From an uncultured Clostridia bacterium (GTDB lineage Bacteria; Bacillota; Clostridia; TANB77; CAG-508), in the NCBI GenBank assembly GCA_944392385.1, contig CALXWL010000002.1, positions 896 to 64,895 of the forward strand: a DNA stretch of 64,000 bases, in the 5' to 3' direction. The position numbers were made by a program, and so were the translations under genes. The notes under the pieces were generated by a model. It saw nothing but the letters and a program-made list of their open reading frames with translations. It had not been told where the DNA came from and did no database searches. Positions 43,001 to 53,448 of the stretch are shown here, one piece after another; the first letter of the stretch is position 1; the number at the start of each line of letters is the position of its first letter.

Positions 43001-45136
43001 ACCGTCTTCATCTCTAATACAACTACTATCATGGTAATGACGATCATAATAGTCCACTACCCATTTATAATCATAAGTTTCCCACTCGTCTGAATCATGT
43101 GCAGAAGTTATATTTTCTTCTGTTGGTAATCTTCCAAAACTAAATGTTCCATTTGTGTTTGTATAAGTAGAATCTACTTTTTGTTGATGGCTTTCTCCTA
43201 ATTTATTCAGTATGTTATTTGAATAGTCTGTTCCTGGAATTGCTTCATAATATTTCCATAATGTTACTTTTACACCTGAAACTCCACGTTCATTTCCATC
43301 TCTATTTCCATTTGGTGTTCTTACTGGTTTTAATCCTTGTTGTCCATCTAGCCATACAATACCTGCTATACCTGATGTTGGTGGTGGGGTTGGTGTAGTA
43401 GTTTCTTCAACGTCATTTGTTGCGGTTACGTAAATTACTCTTCCTCCTTTTATTACAGAAACATTGGCATCAAGTTCTTTGCCGTCTTTATCATATTTAG
43501 GTTTGTCCCATCCTGTTAGTGCCCATGATTTTATTGTTTTATCATATCTTAAGTATATTACTATAGGAGTTTTATATGGTATGTATGTTACATCACTACT
43601 TGGTGGTGGTGCAAGCTCTGTAATTGTAATTTTTACATCTTGATCTGGATTAGTTATTTTTATTCTTTGTATTTCAAATGTTCCTGTTGTATATACTGTA
43701 AAATTCATTGTAGTATTTCCATCAATGTTTGTTGCATTTTCGAAATCTACTCTAAATTGTGCTCCTATTCCTAATTCTCCATTAGGTCCTTGCTTTTTAA
43801 AAAATATGTCTATTGTTTCTTCTGCTTGAAGTGTAAATGTTTTTTCAATTGTTTTTGGTGTTATTTCATAGTCTATGTATGCTAAATCTTGTGCATCATA
43901 ACCATTTCTATGAAATCTTGCAAATGCTGATGAATATATATTATAGTCATATTTGATTTTTAGCTCTGATCCATTTTCTATACCATCTGCTTTTATGTAA
44001 AATTCTTCTCCACTTTTTGGTAGTTCTTGTATTGTTGCACCATTATCCTCATCTAATTTTACAGGGATTGTACATTTATTTCCTGCTGCATCTACTATGT
44101 TTTCAGGTGATACTTCTATACCACCAATTGTCATTGTTACTTTACCTAGCATATATGTATTATTTGTTCCTGTAGCATCTGGTACATTTTCTGCAGATAA
44201 ATAGTCTATTTTAAAAGGTCCATATAGTCCATTCGAATTTTGTGTTATTGTCTGTGAATTACTATATATTATATCGTCTGGTAACTCTTCTGCTGGTGCT
44301 AATTCAGCAAGTATTTTATATCTTTCGAATTTAGTCTTTTCTGTTTCGAAATAGTTTCTTAAGCCTTGAATATTCGTAATAGTTCCAGTCTCTGAATCGA
44401 AAGAATTATTCATGTAATCCTCTCCTAGAATAGGAGTCCATAAATTTATAATTTCTTGTGGAGTATTACCTGGTTGCCAATAAGGAATTACACCTAATTC
44501 AGCATCAGTTCTCATCCAAAAAATTCTATACAAGTAATTTGGATTCAAATTCCAGCTAAATGATACTCCATTTTCCATTCTATAGCCTTCTTCATACTCT
44601 AATGGAACTTTAGGTAATAGGTTACCCGTATTATACCCATTTACTGCAAAAGGAGTTGAATCATTATCTGAATATGTCCAAATTAAATTTGTTACGGCAT
44701 CTAAAAATATACTTCTTCTATTTAGTTCTTGCTTTGAAACTGCATATCCAACTTTAGCTCCTATTTCACCTTCTATTTTCTTTATTCCTACACATCTATA
44801 ATAAGGACTTGCTGTATAAATATAACCACGCATTATACAATAAACATTTTTATGAACTAAAAACCTAAAATCGGGGGTAGCTGTTTCTGTATAACCAGAT
44901 TCTGATGTGTAAAATTCCTCATCTACGAAAATGCTATATATTCCATTTTCTTGAATTGTAATTTCTTGGCTTTGTGCTCCTTCTACACCATCGTATCTGA
45001 TAACTCCTGTAATTGTATTATTAGATGCATTATATGCTGCTTTAGTTTCTGTTTTATTAGTTATTATCATAATCATTGCTAATATTATTATTGCTAATAT
45101 TTTAATTACAATATTAATTTTTTTGTTTCTTTGCAT
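40058..45136 (-). CDS. Large cell-surface protein with SdrD/Cna B-like domains
   Basis: Signal peptide; GIVWLD, SGYVFED repeats; C-terminal DTGG + TM + KK. Confidence 0.85.
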   Translation of the reverse strand: MQRNKKINIVIKILAIIILAMIMIITNKTETKAAYNASNNTITGVIRYDGVEGAQSQEITIQENGIYSIFVDEEFYTSESGYTETATPDFRFLVHKNVYCIMRGYIYTASPYYRCVGIKKIEGEIGAKVGYAVSKQELNRRSIFLDAVTNLIWTYSDNDSTPFAVNGYNTGNLLPKVPLEYEEGYRMENGVSFSWNLNPNYLYRIFWMRTDAELGVIPYWQPGNTPQEIINLWTPILGEDYMNNSFDSETGTITNIQGLRNYFETEKTKFERYKILAELAPAEELPDDIIYSNSQTITQNSNGLYGPFKIDYLSAENVPDATGTNNTYMLGKVTMTIGGIEVSPENIVDAAGNKCTIPVKLDEDNGATIQELPKSGEEFYIKADGIENGSELKIKYDYNIYSSAFARFHRNGYDAQDLAYIDYEITPKTIEKTFTLQAEETIDIFFKKQGPNGELGIGAQFRVDFENATNIDGNTTMNFTVYTTGTFEIQRIKITNPDQDVKITITELAPPPSSDVTYIPYKTPIVIYLRYDKTIKSWALTGWDKPKYDKDGKELDANVSVIKGGRVIYVTATNDVEETTTPTPPPTSGIAGIVWLDGQQGLKPVRTPNGNRDGNERGVSGVKVTLWKYYEAIPGTDYSNNILNKLGESHQQKVDSTYTNTNGTFSFGRLPTEENITSAHDSDEWETYDYKWVVDYYDRHYHDSSCIRDEDGNYSCGYYNGEIIHTYYKKKKINCSHTQTVAVRYRVEFEYDGINYEATTGNSEVSEVNRGGFNANFRTINNNKGLSYKYSNGQSILDVGYTRGDYVAGGSRLNSRYAITATTDWFEVENSNYFEYGLVRRGVDLATVTDVYEATVSINGEKVTYNYNDIASLPKDSNGNPIIDELQGTDVTYNLYLYNSDYNYRIGDYKLGAAQTDSLTVNYEDGASRSSALKAQRDSDGALQVEVIYQVLLNNQSAAEATINQIAYYYDTHYTLREVYYYNRNGNKTTLYDYPDGTQSINGTNYAKVTIDTSNVADFDDADNQTVVYLRFTINDLNGALYLGERKNWVEITEYYTPEGLIDTDSAPGNISAHPLEDDSDDAATLDVKLNDQEREISGYVFEDYKESDVAGGNNIGNGMHDSNEPMVNDVIVQLIEIKDVTVDNTTLRLEYIWQETVSGSNIVRCLESDGTYDEYEVTNNEGEYTFRGFIPGNYIVRFVYGDDEYWDDRPDTALKYKDPQNVLDYNGQDYKSTVDMYYTETEFENSSYPDNASMARDNEARRLEEIAHARSISETEKGELQLIIDDKTDKTKLENTWMCAETSLIWFEISDNKDEGDSTDYIRKNANFGLIERPRADLVLEKHITSLTIDAEQDVEAITNFDNYDRAIYNGLMVNLIANNGEGVVPIATHKILNNRGSWIVQMDPAKLAGGSIRITYGYRIENLGDADYLGPRLVSGLNSGSTYDDIAKEVKRKTSEPGYIPGDYLGIRYYNVNGGSQAGEEPSEIPFQVEDYMSIENGLNLQAANSFAIAGNGDKYIWTYPTRNASEATPTDDEKEEVTILQSREIMELYANESTYANGDKVTLTLYDDSIDSISGVKEIAYRSYASQLIYPTTGVKTSDTGTLNRNTGISNKNSTLGNLPTVQSYATEEAVPIIDITPEADEFIAETVEITLDTGGEDKQTPVILIISITTGLAVIVIGIVLIKKFVIK

Positions 45137-45153
45137 TTTTTCCCCTCCCTTCT

Positions 45154-48100
45154 TTACTGTTTATCCTTTATAGTTTCTTTATTTACAATTTTTATAGCAC
45201 ATATTATTCCTGTTCCTATTATTGTTATTACTGTGATTACTAGCCATATGTATGATTGTACTCCACCTGTTTGTATTGATACTATTAGGCTTGCTTCTGA
45301 TGTGTTGTTCTCGCTTTCTGAATCGTCTACTAAGTATTCATTACTTGTTTCTCCTATGTTTGTTGTATTTACTATTGTTTCTATTTTATCGTCTTGCATT
45401 TCTTTTGTTAGTACTAATTTAACTATTGCTGTTTCTCCTGGTTCTAGTTCTTGGTTTGCTATAGAATTACTGTATATTATTCCATTTGCTTCGTCATAAT
45501 ACCAGTCTTGGTTTAGTTCTGAACTAAATGTTGTTCCTTCTGGGATTGTATCTATTATTTGTTTTACATATCCATTTAGTTCACCTGTGTTTGTAATTGC
45601 TATTTCGTATTCTATAATTATTAGTGAGCCTTTTAGGTTTGTGTCTTTAATTTCTATTTTTGCCATGTTAACACTATCAAAATCGTATACTTTGGTTCCT
45701 GCATTATTGTTTACTGTTACTTTAGTTATTGCTTTATTTATTGACATATCGAATTTTGCATTTAATATGAAACCTGCATCTAATTTTTGTGTTTGATTAT
45801 TTTCTAGTGTAACTATTTCTGTTTTGGCTACCGTTTCACCATTTTGTGTTGTTAAAATTATATCTGAATTTAAGTCTTCGGTTGTTTCTTGGTTTTTATA
45901 TTCTGTTATTGAGAATGTGTTTGTATTATATCTAAATATTACTAGATATCTTCCAGATTGAAGATCATTAAATTCGTATTCTCCATTATTATTTGTAACT
46001 GTATTTGCTATTTCTAATGATGTTTGTGCATCTATTAATATTACTTGTATATTGTTTAATGTTATTTCTGCATTTTCTCTTATACCATTTTCATTTTTGT
46101 CTAGCCATGCTATTCCTTCGATTGTATTAGAGGTACTTGGATTTTCTGGGTTTTCTGGTTCGCTTGGCTCTTCTGTTTCTTCTTTTTTATTAATGTTATT
46201 TGTTAATTTATCTGTTTCTGTATTATATATTTCTGTTCCATTTACAATTACATACATTGTTTGGCTACTATTTGTTTCTAATTCTTTTGCTACACAATAT
46301 ATTTTAAGTTCTGCTTCATCTTGAGAATTTAAAGTTATTCCTGACATTTCTCCTGATAAATTAAAACCTGATATTGCTTTTTCCTCACCTGTTGTTTTAT
46401 TTATGTATTCCATTCTTTTTATATATAAATTTTCTATATCTGGAGTACTTAAATATATTACAACTGAACTTGTTCCTATATTTTTCAATGTTACTGTGTA
46501 TTCAATTTCTTCATTTGCTTCTAATGTTTTACCTTCTTTATTGCTACTTATGGTTGTTTCTATTGTTACAGGTTCTTGTATTTCAATTTGGTCTGAAATT
46601 TCTATTGTTTTATCAGTATTGTAGTTGATTACTGCTTTTATTTGTTCAATTGGATTATTGTATTCTTCAATTACTGCTTGCACTCTAATTGTTTTGCTTG
46701 AATTTTTCTCTAATGTTATATCTTTTACATGTACTATACCATTTTTTGTATCTATTTCTACTGCATATTCTGAATCATCTATACTTATTTGTCTAAAGTT
46801 TGTTGGTATTATAATATCAACTGTTACGCCTTCTATATCTTCATTTGTAAGATTTTCTAAAGTTACTTCTGTTGTTGCTGGAAATTTCATTGGTAATTTT
46901 TCAACCCCATAAATTCCAATTGTTGCTTTTATTTCGTCTGTTGCTACTTCTGTTACAATTTTAGCTGTTTGATTTATTGTTATTTTTGATGTTTCTATTA
47001 TTTCTTCTTCATTATAAACATCAAATTTTACTTCATGAGATGTATTTTCTTCTACGCTTTCTGGTAAGCTCATATTATAGCTAAAAGTTGCTGTTTGTCC
47101 TTGTTCCCAGTTATCTAATACTATTAAGTATTTTTTTGCATTTGGTGTGTACTCTGTTTGCCATTTATTTTGCACATCCATTATATCAATAGTTGCATTT
47201 TCGTTTTCTGTATAATATACATTTCCTATACCTTCAATTTGTCCTATTGATGTTGATGAACCTAGAATTTTTGCATTTATTGTTTCTCCTGTATTATTTA
47301 TAGCTGTACCTATTATTTGTGCTACATTATATGTATCTGGTTCTACTGTAACTGTATTATAGTTCTCTTTTGTTGATGTATAAGTTGTTTCACCTAATAC
47401 TGCTTTTGTTTCTACTATTATATCTTTGTTTGATACTAATGAAATATCTACACTACTATTTCCAGTATCTTGATTTCCTATGCCATCATATGTTGTTGCA
47501 ATTTCATTTGTATAATGTAAATTTACTGTACTTTCTGTAGTTGGTATTAGTTCTTCTGAAATAATTGTTGTTTCAATTGCTATTTGAATATTTTCTTCTG
47601 TTGATTTTGTATATTCTGTTTGTTCTCCCTCTAATCTTACTGCTATTACCTTATTTCCATTTAATACCCCTACTTGTGATAAAGTTACTTCAAAATATTT
47701 ATTATTTAGTATTATTGTATTATCTATACTAACTTCTTTTATTTCTTTAGGCAACTCAATAATAAAGTATGGATTTTTATACAAATCATACTTTAATTCA
47801 TTTGTATACATTGTTATTGTAAAATTAACTTTATTTTCTACACTTGTAGAAAATTGAGTTTTATCTATTCCAAGTTCGGCTACTGTTTTTGTATAACTAA
47901 TTGGCATACTAAAACTTTCTTGTTTATTTAAAATTTCCTCTTCACCTGTAACAACGATTTGTTTTGTTGTTTCAAGTAAATTTACTTCTTCTATATTTTC
48001 TACTATTTCTATTGCTCTTGTATGTACTATTTCTAATTTTTCTATACTAGTTATTTGAGTTTGAATTTGGATTTTCATTTCTAAAGATATTGTGTTTTGT

Positions 48101-48774
48101 GGATATATGACTGTTATGTTTCCTTCTTCATCTGCTTCGGTCGCTAGACCTATTTCAACTACTCCATTTTCAGCAGTTACAATACCCTTTTGAGGTTCTT
48201 GATTTTCTGTTTGTTGTTCTACTACTTCTTCTGGTAATGTGTCTTCTGTTAATGTTGTATATTTAATCTCAAGTATTCCATCATCACCTATAGCACTCAT
48301 TAATTCTGATTTATTAATCTTAGTAGATTTATAAAATATATTAACGGTATTTTCTTGTTGTTCATCTACAATTTCTTCTTCTCCAGATTTTATTTGTGTA
48401 GCAACATCATAAATTTCTATTTGGTTAAACTGTTTTTTCTCATTTATTTTTAAATTTAGTTTTTCTTCATATTCAGTTTCTAATTCTTGCATAGTATTTT
48501 TAAAAAATTCTGATGTTGATATTGTTAAGATTTCTTCTTTTACTTCTTCGCTAGGTATATTATCTACTATTTCATCTTGAGTTGTATTATTTATTATGTT
48601 TTGATTTTGCATTGTATTATCTATTATATTTTGATTAATAACATTATTATTTATGGAATTTACATTTGTTTCCAGTGCATAAGAAATTATACCAAATGCA
48701 GTTCCTGCTAAATTGGCATATATAATTGCTAATATTATTAATATTGCTATTATTTTTCTAACTATTTTTGACAT
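45154..48774 (-). CDS. Large cell-surface protein with SdrD B-like and DUF11-like domains
   Basis: IEGIAWLDKNENG, GEYEF..L..G.Y; C-terminal QTGG + TM + basic tail. Confidence 0.85.
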   Translation of the reverse strand: MSKIVRKIIAILIILAIIYANLAGTAFGIISYALETNVNSINNNVINQNIIDNTMQNQNIINNTTQDEIVDNIPSEEVKEEILTISTSEFFKNTMQELETEYEEKLNLKINEKKQFNQIEIYDVATQIKSGEEEIVDEQQENTVNIFYKSTKINKSELMSAIGDDGILEIKYTTLTEDTLPEEVVEQQTENQEPQKGIVTAENGVVEIGLATEADEEGNITVIYPQNTISLEMKIQIQTQITSIEKLEIVHTRAIEIVENIEEVNLLETTKQIVVTGEEEILNKQESFSMPISYTKTVAELGIDKTQFSTSVENKVNFTITMYTNELKYDLYKNPYFIIELPKEIKEVSIDNTIILNNKYFEVTLSQVGVLNGNKVIAVRLEGEQTEYTKSTEENIQIAIETTIISEELIPTTESTVNLHYTNEIATTYDGIGNQDTGNSSVDISLVSNKDIIVETKAVLGETTYTSTKENYNTVTVEPDTYNVAQIIGTAINNTGETINAKILGSSTSIGQIEGIGNVYYTENENATIDIMDVQNKWQTEYTPNAKKYLIVLDNWEQGQTATFSYNMSLPESVEENTSHEVKFDVYNEEEIIETSKITINQTAKIVTEVATDEIKATIGIYGVEKLPMKFPATTEVTLENLTNEDIEGVTVDIIIPTNFRQISIDDSEYAVEIDTKNGIVHVKDITLEKNSSKTIRVQAVIEEYNNPIEQIKAVINYNTDKTIEISDQIEIQEPVTIETTISSNKEGKTLEANEEIEYTVTLKNIGTSSVVIYLSTPDIENLYIKRMEYINKTTGEEKAISGFNLSGEMSGITLNSQDEAELKIYCVAKELETNSSQTMYVIVNGTEIYNTETDKLTNNINKKEETEEPSEPENPENPSTSNTIEGIAWLDKNENGIRENAEITLNNIQVILIDAQTSLEIANTVTNNNGEYEFNDLQSGRYLVIFRYNTNTFSITEYKNQETTEDLNSDIILTTQNGETVAKTEIVTLENNQTQKLDAGFILNAKFDMSINKAITKVTVNNNAGTKVYDFDSVNMAKIEIKDTNLKGSLIIIEYEIAITNTGELNGYVKQIIDTIPEGTTFSSELNQDWYYDEANGIIYSNSIANQELEPGETAIVKLVLTKEMQDDKIETIVNTTNIGETSNEYLVDDSESENNTSEASLIVSIQTGGVQSYIWLVITVITIIGTGIICAIKIVNKETIKDKQ

Positions 48775-49157
48775 ATAAACCTCCTAAAATTTAATATAAT
48801 ATACTAAAAATATATATCATTTGTCAATATTTCTGTTTTTTTGTTAAATTTGGCGAGCTTTACGGCTTTTTGATGTTAAAGCATTTCTTGGCAAATTTTA
48901 CATTTTTATAACAAATTCTCTACATATATATTATACACGCTTATGTAAACTTTTTCAAGTGTTTTTGCCTATATTCTAGCATTTTTTAGCGTTTTATCAT
49001 CTATAAAATATACACTTACAAATTTTTCAAATAAATCCATTATTACGGAATAAATAAGCATATTTATTCACCAAATAATTTAATGAGCTTATGTAAACTT
49101 TACCTTGTTTTTCATTTCTGATATAATCGTCTCATAAATTAAAATAGGAGGTATATT

Positions 49158-50210
49158 ATGAGTATTTCTGTATCAGATTTTGGAAAAACAATTAAAGGTG
49201 AAAAAGTTTTTCTATTTACTGTAACCAATGAAAATGGCATAACTGCCACATTTACAAACTGGGGAGCAACCATAGTTTCTATTTTTGTTCCAAATAAAGA
49301 AGGAAAAATGCTTGACGTTGTTCTAGGTTTTGATAAACTTGAAGATTACTTTGTTAACCACTGTTATTTTGGAGCAACAATTGGAAGAAATGGCAATAGA
49401 GTAAAATCAGCATGTTTTAACATTAATGGAAAGACTTACCAATTAGATAAAAATGAAAGAAATAAGAATAATTTACATAGTGGTTTTAATGGATATCAAA
49501 AAAGGCTATGGGATTATTCTATTGACGAGACTTCAAACTCAGTTACATTCAAACTATTTAGTCCAGACATGGACCAAGGATTTCCTGGAAACTTTGATGT
49601 ATCTGTAACATATACTTTATCTAATGATAATGGTTTAGAAATTACGTATAATGGCATATGTGACAAAGATACAATAGCAAATATGACAAACCATTCTTAC
49701 TTCAACTTAAATGGTCACAATAGTGGAGCAATAGTTACACACTACTTGCAAATTAATAGCAAAAAATTTGCCATGATTGACAATGAATCTATACCAACAG
49801 GCGAGCTTTTAGATGTAGAAGGTACACCTTTAGATTTTAGAAAATTCAGAAAAATTGCTGATGACATTGATGGCGATTTTGAGCTATTAAAACTAACAAA
49901 AGGATATGACCATAGTTTTCTAATTGATAAAAAATCAAGCGGTTTAGAAAAAGTAGCTACATTAAAATCTGAAGAGTCTGGCATTAGTATGGATGTTTAT
50001 ACTGATTGTTTAGCTGTACAATTTTATGCGGGAAACTATATTGATGAAGTGCCACAAACTGGGAAAGGTGGTTTTATATATCCAAATCGTAGTGGATTAT
50101 GTTTAGAAACCGGATTTTTACCAAATTCCATGAATGAACCAAACTTTGCTTCTCCAATATTAAGGGCAAATAAAGAATATAACTCAAAAACTATTTACAA
50201 ATTTTACTAA
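49158..50210 (+). CDS. galM: Aldose 1-epimerase (galactose mutarotase)
   Basis: DVVLGFD, YFGATIGR..NR, LHSG, NMTNHSYFNL, GYDH, G.CLET. Confidence 0.93.
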   Translation: MSISVSDFGKTIKGEKVFLFTVTNENGITATFTNWGATIVSIFVPNKEGKMLDVVLGFDKLEDYFVNHCYFGATIGRNGNRVKSACFNINGKTYQLDKNERNKNNLHSGFNGYQKRLWDYSIDETSNSVTFKLFSPDMDQGFPGNFDVSVTYTLSNDNGLEITYNGICDKDTIANMTNHSYFNLNGHNSGAIVTHYLQINSKKFAMIDNESIPTGELLDVEGTPLDFRKFRKIADDIDGDFELLKLTKGYDHSFLIDKKSSGLEKVATLKSEESGISMDVYTDCLAVQFYAGNYIDEVPQTGKGGFIYPNRSGLCLETGFLPNSMNEPNFASPILRANKEYNSKTIYKFY

Positions 50211-50266
50211 AATCCACCAAATGTATTTTATTAGGCACTTGACGCTATTTATAATAATATCATCTC

Positions 50267-50411
50267 AAACTAGGCAAAGAAGGATTAATAATTTTTTTTA
50301 GAAAAAGTCAACGAGTCACCAACCACTAGGGAAACGACCCTAGTCCCTACATGGTGACCCGCGCGATTTGACTTTTTATAAAAAAAATTATTAATCCTTC
50401 TTTGCCGGACT
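50267..50411. repeat. Long hairpin with GC-rich branched cap, family 2 copy A
   Basis: GGCAAAGAAGGATTAATAATTTTTTT pairs with AAAAAAATTATTAATCCTTCTTTGCC; ends AAACTAG...GACT shared with 55156-55212. Confidence 0.75.
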
Positions 50412-50444
50412 TCTTCATCTACACATATTTTACCTGTCCAACAC

Positions 50445-51203
50445 TTACACTTTTTCTCTTGCCTTCACAATAACCCTATTCTCATCACTAGCATCAGTGC
50501 AAGTAATTAAAGTTATTTCTCTTCTTCCATCAGTCATCTGACTAGTACAGCTAGTATCTGTATCTACTGTAATATATTTATCATACACTTCATATTCAAG
50601 TGTTTTTCCAAATGTATCAGTTATCTCAATAATATCCCCAATCTCAAGATTTGGTACTTTACTAAAGAACTGTGAATTCCTATAATTATGACCTACTATG
50701 CAAAAGTTCCCAACTTCATTTGGGTTTGCTCCATGAAACTTAACAGGTGCAATCTTAAGTAAAGTATCATAGTTTTCTGTATCACTTGCTAGGATTGGAT
50801 ATTCACAATCTATAGCAGGAATATTTATTTGCCCTATTGTATAATAAACAGTTCCATCTCTTGCAGTTACCTTTTGTTCATCTGAAATTTCTATTTCTCT
50901 TGTCACTGTTACCTTTTCTATTTCATCTATATTAACCTGCTGGCTAACACCTGTTTGAGAATTTAAAGCTAATACTACAACTTGCTCTTCAACAACCATT
51001 TTTTCAGGTCTTGTTTCCATAGCTGCTAATATTTCTTTAGAAACTGCTTCACTTTTATTTCTATCATATGCAGAATAAACTCCATAACTTAATAAGCCAA
51101 CTAAAGCAAAAACAGATAAAAAGAACTCTATTCTAAATATTGTCCTTTTTTTTCTTATTCCAGGCGTCATATACAATTTTTCCGCTATTAATATTTGATT
51201 CAT
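50445..51203 (-). CDS. Sortase
   Basis: IG.I.IP.I, GNFCIVGHNY, ITLITC, R.IV.A. Confidence 0.92.
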   Translation of the reverse strand: MNQILIAEKLYMTPGIRKKRTIFRIEFFLSVFALVGLLSYGVYSAYDRNKSEAVSKEILAAMETRPEKMVVEEQVVVLALNSQTGVSQQVNIDEIEKVTVTREIEISDEQKVTARDGTVYYTIGQINIPAIDCEYPILASDTENYDTLLKIAPVKFHGANPNEVGNFCIVGHNYRNSQFFSKVPNLEIGDIIEITDTFGKTLEYEVYDKYITVDTDTSCTSQMTDGRREITLITCTDASDENRVIVKAREKV

Positions 51204-51251
51204 CCTTTTACCTGCCTTTCTATTAATCCTAATAATAATTCCTATTTTATT

Positions 51252-52106
51252 CTAACATATTGCAGTTAACTTTTCAACTACTTTTTCTATACTTTTCTTT
51301 GGTGTTGAAGCACCAGCCATTATTCCTACTACACTTTCTTTATCAAATTTTTCTATATCTAACTCCTCTTCTGTTTCTACAAACATTACATTTTTGCAAA
51401 ACTTTTTTGCCAGTTCATAAAGTTTATTAGAGTTTGAGCTGTGCTTTCCGCCTACAATTATCATAGTTCCAACCTGTTTTGCTAGTTTTTCTGTTTCTTC
51501 TTGTCTTTGTTTTGTAGCATTACAAATTGTATTTTTAATTTCTATGTTATTTTCTTTTATGTTTTCTTTTATTTTATCTACAATTTCCTCAAATTTTTCT
51601 AAACTATATGTTGTCTGTGCAATTATTAATAACTTTTCTTTATTCGTTTTTCTAAACTCTTCTATAGCTTGATTAATATAACTTTCATCTTCTATAACAT
51701 AATAATAGTCTCCACAAAAGCTTACGGTTCCTATCATTTCTGGATGTTTTTTCTTACCTATCAGAAATATATAATAACCTTTTTTTGAATATTCTTGTGC
51801 TAATTTATGAATATGTAATACTTTCGGACATGTTAAATCTACCAATTCTATACCTAATTGCTTTGCTTTATCATATATTTGTTTTTCAACTCCATGTGAC
51901 CTTATAATAACTCTTTTATTTGCTTGTTCTATGTTATCTATAAATTTGATACCTTTTTTTGCTAATTCATCAGTTACTTGTGTGTTATGCACTAATTCTC
52001 CTAAACAGCTTATTTTCTTGTTTTTTTTGGCTTCTTCTTCTGCCTTTGTTACAGCATTTTCCACTCCAAAACAAAACCCAGCTGTTTTACCAATTATAAT
52101 TCTCAT
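51252..52106 (-). CDS. ispH: 4-hydroxy-3-methylbut-2-enyl diphosphate reductase
   Basis: AGFCFGV, LVHN, DLTCP.V, NTICNAT..RQ, SSNS, AGASTP. Confidence 0.96.
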   Translation of the reverse strand: MRIIIGKTAGFCFGVENAVTKAEEEAKKNKKISCLGELVHNTQVTDELAKKGIKFIDNIEQANKRVIIRSHGVEKQIYDKAKQLGIELVDLTCPKVLHIHKLAQEYSKKGYYIFLIGKKKHPEMIGTVSFCGDYYYVIEDESYINQAIEEFRKTNKEKLLIIAQTTYSLEKFEEIVDKIKENIKENNIEIKNTICNATKQRQEETEKLAKQVGTMIIVGGKHSSNSNKLYELAKKFCKNVMFVETEEELDIEKFDKESVVGIMAGASTPKKSIEKVVEKLTAIC

Positions 52107-53155
52107 AGTTTTGTAATCTCCTCTTTTAGAACTCTAACAATGTCTTCTTGTTTTACTTTTCTAATTATTTGACCTTTTTTAAATAAAAGCCCTTCCTTTA
52201 CTCCTCCTGCTATTCCTATATCTGCATGTTTTGCTTCTTCTGGTCCATTAACACCACAGCCCATTACTGCTACTGTTATATTCTTTTTTATAGTTTGTAA
52301 AAAATCTTCTATTTCGTTTGCTATAGGTATTAAATCATATTGTATTCTGCCACATGTTGGACATGCTATTAGTGTTGGAGATTGATATAGTCTGCAATCT
52401 TTTAAAATTTCTTTTGCAACCTTTATTTCTTTTACAGGGTCAGCAGATAGAGAAACTCTCATTGTATCTCCAATACCTTCTCTTAAAAGTACTCCTAGAC
52501 CTATACTTGAACTAACAGTTCCACTAAACTCGGTTCCTGCATGTGTTACTCCTAGGTGTAATGGGTAACTTATAGTATTTGCCGCTTCTTCATAACCTTC
52601 TATACATAAATTTAGGTCTGATGCTTTTAATGAAATAGCAATATCATAAAAATCTAAATCTTCTAATATTTTTATATGTCTTAAGCCACTTTCTACCATT
52701 GCCTTAGCAGTTGGTTTTCCTCCGTGTTTTTCTAGAATATCTTTAGGTAATGAGCCACTATTTACACCTATTCTTATAGGTATTTTTCTCTCCTTACAAG
52801 CTGCTACTACTTGTTTTACTCTATCAATTGAACCAATATTTCCTGGATTAATTCTAATTTTATCTACACCTGCTTTTGCAGCTTCTAATGCTATTCTATA
52901 ATCAAAATGTATATCTGCTACTATAGGAATATGTATTTTTTCTTTTATTTGTTTTATAGCTCTTGCATCTTCTTCATCTAAACAAGCAACTCTAATAATT
53001 TCACAGCCTGCATCTTCTAATTTTAATATTTGATTTACAGTTTTTTCTACATCTTTTGTTTTTGTATTAGTCATAGATTGAATTACAACTTTATTTTGCC
53101 CACCTATTTGGACACCGCCTACATATATAGGTCTTGTTTCATTTCTTTTCTTCAT
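52103..53155 (-). CDS. ispG: (E)-4-hydroxy-3-methylbut-2-enyl diphosphate synthase
   Basis: [38 protein letters not shown]. Confidence 0.96.
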   Translation of the reverse strand: MKKRNETRPIYVGGVQIGGQNKVVIQSMTNTKTKDVEKTVNQILKLEDAGCEIIRVACLDEEDARAIKQIKEKIHIPIVADIHFDYRIALEAAKAGVDKIRINPGNIGSIDRVKQVVAACKERKIPIRIGVNSGSLPKDILEKHGGKPTAKAMVESGLRHIKILEDLDFYDIAISLKASDLNLCIEGYEEAANTISYPLHLGVTHAGTEFSGTVSSSIGLGVLLREGIGDTMRVSLSADPVKEIKVAKEILKDCRLYQSPTLIACPTCGRIQYDLIPIANEIEDFLQTIKKNITVAVMGCGVNGPEEAKHADIGIAGGVKEGLLFKKGQIIRKVKQEDIVRVLKEEITKL

Positions 53156-53181
53156 TTAAATCACCTTTTAAAATTTTATCA

Positions 53182-53357
53182 TTACCATTCAAACTAAATT
53201 AAATAATAGTACTTGATAGCCCAACGCAGGAGTTTAATATTTATTTTTTATCGAAGACCCCCGAAAAGCTTCGTAGGCGTCTCAAACGTGGGTTCGATAA
53301 AAAATAAATATTAAACTCCGACGAGATTGGGCGGACTTTAGGGTACTAACCCTAAAT
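53182..53357. repeat. Structured intergenic repeat, family 1 copy B
   Basis: Inverted homolog of 38605-38783. Confidence 0.85.
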
Positions 53358-53448
53358 ATTAATATTTTATCATTAAAAATTCCTAAAATCAATTGTTTCG
53401 AGCAAAATTACATGATATAATATACTATATGAAAAATAGGAGGTGCTT

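Noticed and set aside
48840-48900. Possible c-di-GMP riboswitch upstream of the surface-protein genes
   Set aside because: The patch is GC-richer, but I could not fit the class I or class II consensus on the coding strand.
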